Source of the DNA: Sedimentibacter sp.
Lineage (GTDB): Bacteria > Bacillota > Clostridia > Tissierellales > Sedimentibacteraceae
Direction of reading: 5' to 3'
Length of the DNA: 64,000 bases
NCBI RefSeq assembly: GCF_033447055.1
Contig: NZ_JAWQJF010000061.1
Location: forward strand, 21,780 to 85,779
This document shows, one piece after another, positions 39,935 to 49,326 of this stretch (position 1 is its first letter; each line of letters starts with the position of its first letter). The translations under genes were made by a program, and so were the position numbers. The notes under the pieces were generated by a model. It was not told the DNA's origin, ran no database searches, and worked only from the letters and a program-made list of their open reading frames with translations.

Positions 39935-40017
39935 TTTATGCGGTATCTTTCTTAACCTGTTGTATATGTTTTGAAGCATTGGTTAAAATATCAGTATAGG
40001 TGAATAGAGAGGTATAT

Positions 40018-40656
40018 ATGATAATTGTTGCTATTAGAGCAGTTATATTGTATGGAATTTTGCTTGTTGCTATGAGGATAATGGGAAAGGGAGAGTTGGG
40101 AGAACTACAGCCTTTTGATTTAGTCGTATCTTTGATGCTTGCTGAACTTGCAGTAATGCCTGTGGAGGATTTAGGAGCTCCACTGGTTCATGGATTTGTA
40201 GCAATTGCTGTAATTATGTTTTTACAATGCTTCATATCGTATGTTACTTTAAAAAACAATTACGCGAGGAAAATCATATGCGGTACTCCTACAATTATAA
40301 TTGACCATGGAAAATTTAATACAAAAGATATGAATAAGCTAAGGATAAATGTAAACGATGTGTTGGGGCAAATGCGTCTTAAAGGGTATTACAGCATTGA
40401 AAATATAGATTATCTCATTATGGAGACAAATGGCGAAATGAGTATTATTGCTCCGGATGATTATCCGGGTACAAGGTGTGAAAGAATACCTATTGCAACT
40501 ATTTTGGATGGGCAAATAATGAAAAACAATTTAAGCAAGTACAATATTTCAATGGATGATCTGCAGAAAGAATTAAATAAGAATAATATAAAATCTGAGC
40601 ATGTTCTGTACGGTTTCATCGATGAACAAAATAAATTTGTTTTTTATAAGAGGTAG
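40018..40656 (+). CDS. DUF421 (YetF-like) membrane protein
   Basis: N-terminal TM pair, then MGKGELGELQPFDLVVSLML, which is typical of DUF421. ATG 40018 follows agagagg. Confidence 0.8.
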   Translation: MIIVAIRAVILYGILLVAMRIMGKGELGELQPFDLVVSLMLAELAVMPVEDLGAPLVHGFVAIAVIMFLQCFISYVTLKNNYARKIICGTPTIIIDHGKFNTKDMNKLRINVNDVLGQMRLKGYYSIENIDYLIMETNGEMSIIAPDDYPGTRCERIPIATILDGQIMKNNLSKYNISMDDLQKELNKNNIKSEHVLYGFIDEQNKFVFYKR

Positions 40657-40658
40657 TT

Positions 40659-41042
40659 ATGAAGATGGTAGTTATTTCCTTACTGGTTTTATTATTATTT
40701 GTTGGTGCGTGGATATGGTTTTATTATAATTCTGTAGAGCCCGTGACCACTTATTATTGGGAGAAATTAATTGAATTGTCAAACTCAATTTATGCTGACG
40801 ACTGGCAAATTGCTGAGTACGACATGCGTAATTATTTTGGAAAATGGAAAGATACAAGAAATTTATGGATTTATTTCATAAATCAAAATGATATAGACAA
40901 TATAGACTCTTCTATCAGAAAACTTGATTCATATATAAAAAACAGAGACAAAAATATGGCTCAAGCGGAGCTTGAGCATTTAAGAGTTTTATTTAATGTA
41001 ATTAATGAAAATGAATGCTTGTCTTTAGAAAATATTATGTAA
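40659..41042 (+). CDS. DUF4363-like small membrane-anchored protein
   Basis: 127 aa with a single N-terminal TM. It sits in the usual position downstream of DUF421 genes (from memory). Confidence 0.6.
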   Translation: MKMVVISLLVLLLFVGAWIWFYYNSVEPVTTYYWEKLIELSNSIYADDWQIAEYDMRNYFGKWKDTRNLWIYFINQNDIDNIDSSIRKLDSYIKNRDKNMAQAELEHLRVLFNVINENECLSLENIM

Positions 41043-41043
41043 T

Positions 41044-41937
41044 TTATTTAACTGTATTGATAAGCGTTCCAATACCTTCAATTACACATTCCATTTTATC
41101 TCCGGATTTTAAATACTTAGGCGGATTGAAACCTGCACCTACTCCTGCAGGAGTGCCTGTCAATATAATGTCTCCTGGATACAATGTTATTCCTGAAGAG
41201 AGATCACTTAAAATTGTAGGGATATCAAAAATCAACTGGCTTGTATTGCCGTTTTGTCTTAATTCATCGTTTATATAGCTTTTGATTGCTAATTTCGGCG
41301 GGAATGAAATTTTTGATTTATGGACAATGTAAGGTCCTAACGGGCAGAATGTATCAAAGGATTTTCCTTTGTGCCATTGCACATGTGATGTTTGAATATC
41401 TCTAGCTGATATATCATTCGCAATTGTATATCCAAATATGTAGTCTTCCGCTTCTTCTTTAGATATGTTTTTGCATTTTTTGCCTATTATTACAGCAAGT
41501 TCTACTTCGTAATCCAATTCTTTAACAATATTTGAATGAGAATCTACAAATTCTTTATTACCAATTGCCGGGTAAGCAATTTTACTGAAATAAATTGGTT
41601 TACTTGGAACATCAGAAGTGACACTTTTTAAACTTTTTACTTCGCTTATATGGTCCATATAATTTTTTCCGAGACATATTACATTTCTTTTAGGGTATGG
41701 TATAGGTGATAATATTTTTACTTTATCTAAATCTATTACTTCTTTGCATGAAAGAATAATCTCATTAATTTTTTCTTTTTCAAGATTGTTAAAAGAATCA
41801 ATAAGATTTAGCATATCAGTAGGAACCGGAATATTTAATTTAGAAAAAACTGTCGAAGAAGGAATCACTCCGTTTTTTTCTTCATTTAAAAAACCTGTAC
41901 ATTCTAAATTATCATAAGAATAAGTCAATAAATACAT
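41044..41937 (-). CDS. Fumarylacetoacetate hydrolase (FAH) family protein
   Basis: Motifs DYEVELAVIIGK and ILTGTPAGVG. Start at ATG 41937 after GGAGG. Confidence 0.85.
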   Translation of the reverse strand: MYLLTYSYDNLECTGFLNEEKNGVIPSSTVFSKLNIPVPTDMLNLIDSFNNLEKEKINEIILSCKEVIDLDKVKILSPIPYPKRNVICLGKNYMDHISEVKSLKSVTSDVPSKPIYFSKIAYPAIGNKEFVDSHSNIVKELDYEVELAVIIGKKCKNISKEEAEDYIFGYTIANDISARDIQTSHVQWHKGKSFDTFCPLGPYIVHKSKISFPPKLAIKSYINDELRQNGNTSQLIFDIPTILSDLSSGITLYPGDIILTGTPAGVGAGFNPPKYLKSGDKMECVIEGIGTLINTVK

Positions 41938-42041
41938 AAATGCCTCCAAATTTTATTTTATATCACTATAATATATTTTTTTGTATTTTTCAAGTAAAAT
42001 TGTTGTTTTCAATACTCAAGAAAGTTGTAAAGTAACTCATA

Positions 42042-42070
42042 TTGCAGTATATTAATTCCTGTGATATAAT
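42042..42070 (+). promoter_or_regulatory. Promoter of the giant-protein operon
   Basis: TTGCAG (42042-42047), 17-nt spacer, TGaTATAAT (TATAAT at 42065-42070). Confidence 0.55.
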
Positions 42071-42105
42071 GAAAATGATTAAATTCATATTTTAAGAGGT
42101 GCAGC

Positions 42106-45100
42106 ATGAGTAGGTTTATGTTGAATGAGTTACATAAAGAAATATTACTAAGTTTGACGCAGAAAGAATTTCTAAAACAAATTAATTTATCAGAGGAGAA
42201 AATTCAATCATTTATTATTAATAAGAAATTTGTAAATAATTTATTAATACTTATTAATAAAAAACAATTGCTGTGCAAGGACGTTCTTGATATTTCTTAT
42301 GATATTTTAAATAGCGTTTGCACAGAATCTCCAAAAGACTGGCTTCTTTATGTTTTCCAATATGTTCTAAATAAATCATTTCCTGAAGCAACAACAATAA
42401 AGCTTAATCCTAAATATGAAATTGGTGTGCTCATATATCTTGAAATACTGAAAACAATTTTACATCACGCAAAAAATAGTGATGTATTTGATAAATATGC
42501 AGATTTTAATTTTTTAACTGAAAATGAAATAAGCGAACTTCCTAATCCGGAAGAATATATGATTTTTATAGACAAGTTCGATAAAAATTATATATATGAA
42601 CTCATGATGCTTGATGCAGAAGTGAATGGATATAATACACTAAAACATGTTGCAGCAGTTCATTACGTTGCCATGCATATAGCAAGACAGCTTAAAAAAG
42701 TTGGGATTACAGTAAATTTAGGATTAGTTTCCGGTGCGGCTGCAGGCCACGATATAGGAAAATATGGATGCAAAGGTCTTGAGAAAAGAAGGGTGGCATA
42801 TCTTCATTATTATTATACAGATCAATGGCTTGTAAAATTTAATATGCCTGGAATATCTTTAATTGCTGCAAATCATTCTACTTGGGATTTAGAACTTGAA
42901 AATTTACCATTGGAATCATTAATTTTAATATATGCTGATTTCAGAGTTAAGAATAAATCAACGAAAAACGGCAATGAAATGTACATTTTTGATTTAAATG
43001 AATCATTTCAGATAATTCTTAATAAACTTGACAATGTAGATGAAGCAAAAGAAAAAAGATATATGAGAGTTTATTCGAAGTTAAAAGATTTTGAAAATTA
43101 TATCATTCATAAAGGAGTAAATACAGATTTTAAAACAGAACAACCGTCTGTATCCAAAGTTATTGATTATGCATTAATTGATGGTCATGATGTTGTAGAA
43201 AATTTTAAATATATGGCGATTGAACACAATACTTCTTTGATGAGTAAACTAAACAATGAAGCTAACTTTGCAAGCATGATAGAGGCTGCAAGAAGCGAAC
43301 AGGACTGGAAGAATTTAAGGTCTTATTTAAATATACTCGAAGAATATTCAATATATCTTTCTCAAAAAGAAAAACTATTTACTCTTAGCTTTTTGTATGA
43401 ACTTTTAGTTCACAGAGAAGGCGATATAAGGCGTCAGGCAGCATGTCTAATGGGTAGCATTATTGTATCATTTAACCTGGAATATTCAAAGGAAATTCCT
43501 GGTGATGTTAAATTCGATATTAGTGAAGATATGAGTAGTCTGTCTATTTGGGATAAATATTTGGGACTTTTTCTTGACCCTGGTTATAAAGTAACAGATA
43601 ATCACAAGGAATGGATAGGGTATTCTCTTAGAATATTTGTAGATGCCGTAATTAATTCCAAAAGGAATAATGATAAAAAAAGCTATTTGGATATATTTTT
43701 AAATCATTTTAGATATGAAGAAGAATATGTGGCAAAATTAAGTTGTATAAATTCGCTTCTTAGTATACCTGTTGACTTGTATGAGACAGATCAGTTAACT
43801 TATGTCATAGATTATTCCATCGACTCGCTAAATAATTCTGCTAATGATATAAGGCTAATGGCAGTGCAGTTTTTTAATTTAGTTGTTAAGAATAGGAATA
43901 TTGCTAATGATGCTTTGAATAAAATTCGTGAATTTATATTAGTTATTTCAGAAAGTGATGGACTTTGCATAAATTATTTGAAATATAAAATAGCCAAGAA
44001 TTTATACATGACTGAAGATTTAATTAAGAGCTATAAAACGCTTATAACAAGCAGATGTTATAAAACTTCTGATTTGTTTCTTAATAACCTGAAAGCTGCT
44101 ACACCATGGAATGTAAAAACAATTAGCATTGATTATATCATGGATCATATAAAGAATACAAATGACGTTGCTTTACTTCAAACTGCAACACATTTGGCAA
44201 ACCTTGTCAAAGTCAGCGCAAAAGAATCTGTAAGGAATAAAGCGGGAAATTCTTTAGTAGAAATCGGTCCATTATTAACAGTAGATCAAAGAAATGAAAT
44301 TGCATTTGAATTAATTAAAGGCCTTGAAATAGATGAACTTCAATATGCTAAATATATACCCGAATACTTGGGACGCTTTGTGATGCTTTTAACTCCAAAG
44401 GAACTTGATGAATTTATTAATGATTTAAAAAATATTTATAAAGGTTCTAATGAAAGAGCCAGTGCTCTTGTTATTAATACATTTGGTGTAATGGTTCAAC
44501 ATTATCCTGAGTATAAAAATAGATTTGATGAAGAAGATGAAGTGTACAATAGAAGATTTGTTAAGATTCTGAGTATCATTTTAAGCGGCCTTGCCAATTA
44601 CAATTTACAAGTTAAACAGGAGACATTTCTTGTAATTGGACAACATATTTTTGGCTCTAAGAAATTGAATTTAGAAGAAAAAAATAAAATATTCTTGTTG
44701 ATTTACAAGAAACTTCTTACATTAATCAACGAAAAAGAATTAGGCGATTTGTTTTTCTTCAACAATTCAGCATCATTTAACCATATTTATAGATTTATAA
44801 GTGATTATGAATTTTATTATAAGAATTTTGATATTAATATAAACAGAAATGTTGCATTTTTCCCGGGAACATTTGATCCGTTTTCGCTTAGTCATAAAGG
44901 AATTGTGGAGGAAATCAGAAATCTTGGTTATGATGTATATTTGGCTGTTGATGAGTTTTCATGGTCTAAAAAAGTTCAACCAAGAATGATTAGAAGACAA
45001 ATTATAAATATGTCAATAGCAGATGAGTTAGGGGTATTTTTGTTTCCTGATGATATTCCTGTTAACCTTACAAGTGCATATGATCTGAAAGGTTTGAAAG

Positions 45101-46971
45101 ATTTGTTTCCGGAAAAGGATATTTACATTGTTGTCGGAAGTGACGTATTGATGAATGCTAACGCATATAAGGCAAGACCAACAAAAAATTCTATTCATAG
45201 CTTTAATCACATAGTATTCAAAAGGACAAAGGATGATTTAACTCCTGCCGCTATGAAAAAAGCTGATGAAAATAAAAACAGAATAAAAGGGTCCCTTGTA
45301 GAGCTACATCTTCCTTTATACTTAGAAGATATCAGTTCAACTCAGATAAGAGAAAATATTGATAACAACAGGGATATTTCTAATTTAATAGATCCGTTGG
45401 CGCAAAGTTTTATCTATGACAGAAATTTGTATATAAGAGAACCTTTGAATAAAAGTATTTTAAAATCTAAACCTTTTATAATAGAAGTAGTTGAAGATTT
45501 GAGCAAAAAAATTGTTGATGAAATAGGTCATTATATTTTTATGCATACAAATCTTTATGAAAATATTGGAGAAGAATTAGTATCTAAAAACATAAAATTG
45601 TTGGTAATAAGGGACGGGAAAAATTCCAATAAGCTTCTAGGATTTTCGGCTTTCCACAAAATTGCATCTTCGGAAGTGTATTCGGAGTTTAAAAGTCAGG
45701 ATATTGCAAATCATGTAAGGGAAAAAACAGCCGGAAGAATAATTATAATCGATGGAATTTTTATAAATCCAAGTAAAATCTATGACAATATGGAACAAAT
45801 TATAATAACAGAAACTCTGGCATATTGTTTGAAAAATGATTTTACTTATGCACTTTATTACAATATTCTATCTAACATTAACAGTGAAGCAGTAATTGAA
45901 ACATTAGAACTTCAGGGGTTTATTAAAATTGAAGATGAAGGAATGAATAAAACTGTCTATGCAGTTGATATGAAATTTCCTATTTGCCTTACTCTTAATT
46001 TAGAAAGTTTTATAAAAGAGCCATTGAATGCAAATGAAAAAGTACATGAAGCGATTGGAATTGCTAGAAAGAAATTACAAAAATCGATGACGGAGCTTTA
46101 TCCGGGAAGTCTGGTATTATCAATTGACAATGATATGATAAATCAGACATTAATTAATAAAATATGTAGCATAAACAATGTTAGCAACGAAGTGCAGGTT
46201 CCAAGAACAACAGGGGATTACATGTGCGTTCCTTTTGGTAATATTTTAAAGGGGATGGTTGTGCCTAATACGGTTACGAAATCGCTGCATACTGAGAAAG
46301 TATACTCTACTGATGCAAAACGTTTCAAAATTTCAGAATATCCTTGTTATTCACCGATAGAAAATCAGGTTAAAACTATAAAGTCTTTTGAAAAACCGGT
46401 AATTTTAGTAGATGATTTGCTTCATAAGGGTTATAGAATTAAAGAATTAGATCCAATATTCAAAAGATATAATATTGAAGTAAAAAAAATCATCGTAGGT
46501 ATAATGTCAGGAAGAGGAAAAGATTTAATGGATATACAGGCTAGAGATTCAGATTGTGCATATTTTATACCTAATTTAAGGTTATGGTTTAATGAAAATT
46601 TAATGTATCCGTTTTTAGGCGGAGATGGTATGTGGCATAATAATGAGAATATGCTGAATTTGATTCCATCAATCAACCTTATACTTCCATACTACGCTCC
46701 GGTGTATATCGACAATGCTTCAAATGAGGCAATATATAATTTATCCATGGTTAGTCTCGAAAATGCAAAGAACATACTTCGTGTTTTAGAAACGGAGTTT
46801 CAGGAATTGTATGAGAAAAAACTTACGGTGAAAAGGCTTGGCGAAGTTCTTTTATCTCCAAGACTGCCGTATTTGGGAGACAATATATCTTATGATTTAA
46901 ACATGGAAGCATCAGGTTATATGGATGTAAGCATTGAAACATTGATAAAACTTGAAAGGATAATAAAATAA
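42106..46971 (+). CDS. 1,621-aa multidomain protein: HD phosphohydrolase / helical (HEAT-like) repeats / NadD-like nucleotidyltransferase / GNAT-like / type-I PRTase-like
   Basis: HD: H181, GHDIGK (aa 214-219, nt 42745), ADF (aa 277). Nucleotidyltransferase: VAFFPGTFDPFSLSHKG (aa 916, nt 44851) and ISSTQIRENI...LIDPLAQSFIYDRNLY. PRTase loop: PVILVDDLLHKGYRI (aa 1431, nt 46396). RBS agaggtg. Confidence 0.85.
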   Translation: MSRFMLNELHKEILLSLTQKEFLKQINLSEEKIQSFIINKKFVNNLLILINKKQLLCKDVLDISYDILNSVCTESPKDWLLYVFQYVLNKSFPEATTIKLNPKYEIGVLIYLEILKTILHHAKNSDVFDKYADFNFLTENEISELPNPEEYMIFIDKFDKNYIYELMMLDAEVNGYNTLKHVAAVHYVAMHIARQLKKVGITVNLGLVSGAAAGHDIGKYGCKGLEKRRVAYLHYYYTDQWLVKFNMPGISLIAANHSTWDLELENLPLESLILIYADFRVKNKSTKNGNEMYIFDLNESFQIILNKLDNVDEAKEKRYMRVYSKLKDFENYIIHKGVNTDFKTEQPSVSKVIDYALIDGHDVVENFKYMAIEHNTSLMSKLNNEANFASMIEAARSEQDWKNLRSYLNILEEYSIYLSQKEKLFTLSFLYELLVHREGDIRRQAACLMGSIIVSFNLEYSKEIPGDVKFDISEDMSSLSIWDKYLGLFLDPGYKVTDNHKEWIGYSLRIFVDAVINSKRNNDKKSYLDIFLNHFRYEEEYVAKLSCINSLLSIPVDLYETDQLTYVIDYSIDSLNNSANDIRLMAVQFFNLVVKNRNIANDALNKIREFILVISESDGLCINYLKYKIAKNLYMTEDLIKSYKTLITSRCYKTSDLFLNNLKAATPWNVKTISIDYIMDHIKNTNDVALLQTATHLANLVKVSAKESVRNKAGNSLVEIGPLLTVDQRNEIAFELIKGLEIDELQYAKYIPEYLGRFVMLLTPKELDEFINDLKNIYKGSNERASALVINTFGVMVQHYPEYKNRFDEEDEVYNRRFVKILSIILSGLANYNLQVKQETFLVIGQHIFGSKKLNLEEKNKIFLLIYKKLLTLINEKELGDLFFFNNSASFNHIYRFISDYEFYYKNFDININRNVAFFPGTFDPFSLSHKGIVEEIRNLGYDVYLAVDEFSWSKKVQPRMIRRQIINMSIADELGVFLFPDDIPVNLTSAYDLKGLKDLFPEKDIYIVVGSDVLMNANAYKARPTKNSIHSFNHIVFKRTKDDLTPAAMKKADENKNRIKGSLVELHLPLYLEDISSTQIRENIDNNRDISNLIDPLAQSFIYDRNLYIREPLNKSILKSKPFIIEVVEDLSKKIVDEIGHYIFMHTNLYENIGEELVSKNIKLLVIRDGKNSNKLLGFSAFHKIASSEVYSEFKSQDIANHVREKTAGRIIIIDGIFINPSKIYDNMEQIIITETLAYCLKNDFTYALYYNILSNINSEAVIETLELQGFIKIEDEGMNKTVYAVDMKFPICLTLNLESFIKEPLNANEKVHEAIGIARKKLQKSMTELYPGSLVLSIDNDMINQTLINKICSINNVSNEVQVPRTTGDYMCVPFGNILKGMVVPNTVTKSLHTEKVYSTDAKRFKISEYPCYSPIENQVKTIKSFEKPVILVDDLLHKGYRIKELDPIFKRYNIEVKKIIVGIMSGRGKDLMDIQARDSDCAYFIPNLRLWFNENLMYPFLGGDGMWHNNENMLNLIPSINLILPYYAPVYIDNASNEAIYNLSMVSLENAKNILRVLETEFQELYEKKLTVKRLGEVLLSPRLPYLGDNISYDLNMEASGYMDVSIETLIKLERIIK

Positions 46972-48182
46972 TGTTCTATTACAAATTTAAAGGTAAATAT
47001 TTATTTTCATCAGATGAATACAGCTATGTTAAGGTAGATGGTATACCTGATAATTGCAATGAACTATACTTTTTATATAAATCAAAAAAACAATTTTCAA
47101 AAATGTCATTTGCAGTATCGGATGTACAGGATTTGTATGATTTTGAAGATAGTATTGATTTATTAAAATTAAAAGAAGAGTATGAATTGAAGGAATTATT
47201 GCCTGAAAAAATACTGAGTATGATATTTGAAAGAAAAATCAAAGCAGTAAATACAGAGTATGAATATTATGAAGAATGTTTTTACATGTCAGAAATTAAG
47301 AAGAAAAAAGTTAATGTTTTAGCTTTGGGAGATGTGGGAAGCACTTTGCTCACAGGATTAAAATTATTAGGTGGAGAATCTATTGAGTCAATAGGTATAT
47401 TTGATAGAAGCCAAGATAAAATCAAAAGATGGGAATATGAAATGAATCAAACTTCTCTTCCTTTTGATTATGATTATTTTCCAAATGTGCACGGAATAGA
47501 AAAACATGAATTATTTAATTGTGATATGTTTGTTTTTTGTGCTTCCAAGGGAGTTCCTCCTGTAGGAGCTGAGTCGGTTGACGTAAGAATGGTTCAATTT
47601 GAAGAAAATGCAAAGTTAATTAAAGAATATGCTCTAATGGCAGCTGACGTGGGATTCAAAGGAATATTTGCAGTAGTATCTGATCCGGTTGATCCTTTGT
47701 GTGCTTGTGTTCTAAAAGAAAGCAAAGGTGGTCTTGCTCCTGAACAAATAAAAGGATACGGACTTGGTGTCATGAATGCAAGGGCAATGTATTACGCTAA
47801 GAGCGATGAAAAGTTTTCTTCATACTTCAAAGAAGGAAGAGCATTTGGGCCACATGGAAATGATTTAGTCATTGCAAACAGCATAATCAACTATGACGAT
47901 GAAATTTCAAAGGAACTTACAAAACTTGCAGTTAGAGCAAATCTTGAAGTTAGAAAAATAGGATTTAAACCATATATTGCACCTGCACTTTCATCAGGAG
48001 CAATATCAATAATTTGTACTCTGGAAGGGAAATATCATTACAGCTCTAATTATTTAGGAGGTGTTTTCATGGGCGCAAAAAACAGAAATTTGCCTTCAGG
48101 ACTTGAAATAGAAAAAATTATAATGCCTGAAGATCTGTTCGTCAGAATAAAACATACATATGAAGAGCTTTTAAGGGTATAA
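46971..48182 (+). CDS. LDH/MDH-superfamily dehydrogenase-like protein with a ~110-aa N-terminal extension
   Basis: Rossmann start VNVLALGDVGSTLLTGL, then SDPVDP, GYGLGVMNARAMYY and GPHGND. The ATG overlaps the upstream stop (TAATG at 46969-46973). Confidence 0.75.
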   Translation: MFYYKFKGKYLFSSDEYSYVKVDGIPDNCNELYFLYKSKKQFSKMSFAVSDVQDLYDFEDSIDLLKLKEEYELKELLPEKILSMIFERKIKAVNTEYEYYEECFYMSEIKKKKVNVLALGDVGSTLLTGLKLLGGESIESIGIFDRSQDKIKRWEYEMNQTSLPFDYDYFPNVHGIEKHELFNCDMFVFCASKGVPPVGAESVDVRMVQFEENAKLIKEYALMAADVGFKGIFAVVSDPVDPLCACVLKESKGGLAPEQIKGYGLGVMNARAMYYAKSDEKFSSYFKEGRAFGPHGNDLVIANSIINYDDEISKELTKLAVRANLEVRKIGFKPYIAPALSSGAISIICTLEGKYHYSSNYLGGVFMGAKNRNLPSGLEIEKIIMPEDLFVRIKHTYEELLRV

Positions 48183-48221
48183 AATTAAAATTTAAAACTT
48201 AACGATATGGGTGGTGATAAT

Positions 48222-49295
48222 GTGGATAAATTATATGTGCTTATGCCGGGGAAAATATCACAAAGGCTTGAAAAAATGCTTGAATATTCTTTGATGGAAT
48301 ATGACTGCGACATAATTAAAACATGCGATGAATTGAAGAATATGAGAAACAAGAGAATATTATTTGCTGTGGAGTTGGGCGATTCGGGCATAAATATAGA
48401 GCATTTAAAAATGCTTGAAAAAATAAAATTATCCGGTTCTGACTTTATGGAAAATTCAGTTGGCAGCGTAATAATAAACAGCAACAATGAATTGTTTTCC
48501 AGAGATACAGCTCGAAAAACCATATTTTATGCAAACATGGCAGGATGCATGTTCCCGGGAAGGCCGCTGTCTGAAGCCACAGGTTCATTAAAAAATTTCA
48601 ATACTCAAAAAAAAATATCTGATTCAAATTTGAGTCTTGAAGATATTTGTCTCAATGATTGTAAAAATGTTGTTGATAGATTGATGAATTTCAGCATCAA
48701 TAAAATTGTTAAGCCGAAAATTTTGACACTTTATGCTAGCTACCACAAAAAATCAAATACATTTTCTTTGTGGAAGATGGTAAAGGAAAACCTAAAGGAA
48801 TACGATATTAGTGAGATTCACATAGAAAATGGTTCGGTAAAAGATTGTAAAGGCTGTTCATATAAAGCTTGCAAACATTACTCAGAGAGCAACAATTGCT
48901 TTTATGGAGGAATTATGGTTGAAGAAGTGTATCCTGCAATAATTGATTGCGATATTCTCATATTGCTTTGTCCGAATTACAACGATGCCATAAGTGCCAA
49001 TATGTCTGCTACTATAAACCGTTTGACAGCTTTATTTCGAAAAGTAAAATTCTATGACAAATATGTTTATGCGATAATTGTTTCCGGTTTTAGTGGAAGC
49101 GATATAATCGCCCAGCAGTTAATAAGTGGGTTGAATATAAATAAAACATTTATGCTTCCGCCTAAATTTGTTCTCATGGAAACTGCAAATGATTATGGAG
49201 ACATAGAAAAAATAGATAATATAAGAGATAAAGCAGCAGAATTTGCTGATAACATAAGTAAAGCGGGAAAATCGGGGATGGTTCTTTTTGATTGA
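48222..49295 (+). CDS. Two-domain flavodoxin-like / NAD(P)H-dependent FMN reductase-type protein with a Cys cluster
   Basis: C-terminal half: ILTLYASYHKKSNT...CKGCSYKACKHYSESNNCFYGG...LLCPNYNDAISANM. The start is either GTG 48222 (after GGTGGTGA) or the track ATG at 48207. Confidence 0.7.
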   Translation: MDKLYVLMPGKISQRLEKMLEYSLMEYDCDIIKTCDELKNMRNKRILFAVELGDSGINIEHLKMLEKIKLSGSDFMENSVGSVIINSNNELFSRDTARKTIFYANMAGCMFPGRPLSEATGSLKNFNTQKKISDSNLSLEDICLNDCKNVVDRLMNFSINKIVKPKILTLYASYHKKSNTFSLWKMVKENLKEYDISEIHIENGSVKDCKGCSYKACKHYSESNNCFYGGIMVEEVYPAIIDCDILILLCPNYNDAISANMSATINRLTALFRKVKFYDKYVYAIIVSGFSGSDIIAQQLISGLNINKTFMLPPKFVLMETANDYGDIEKIDNIRDKAAEFADNISKAGKSGMVLFD

Positions 49296-49326
49296 TATAA
49301 AGATTGAATATGAGGAGTCTTATTAA

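Noticed and set aside
48221-48229. Second perfect DnaA box (TGTGGATAA) at the start of the flavoprotein gene
   Set aside because: It is isolated, lies within or at a coding start, and has no neighbouring boxes. It serves as a reminder that single perfect 9-mers occur by chance in this AT-rich window.
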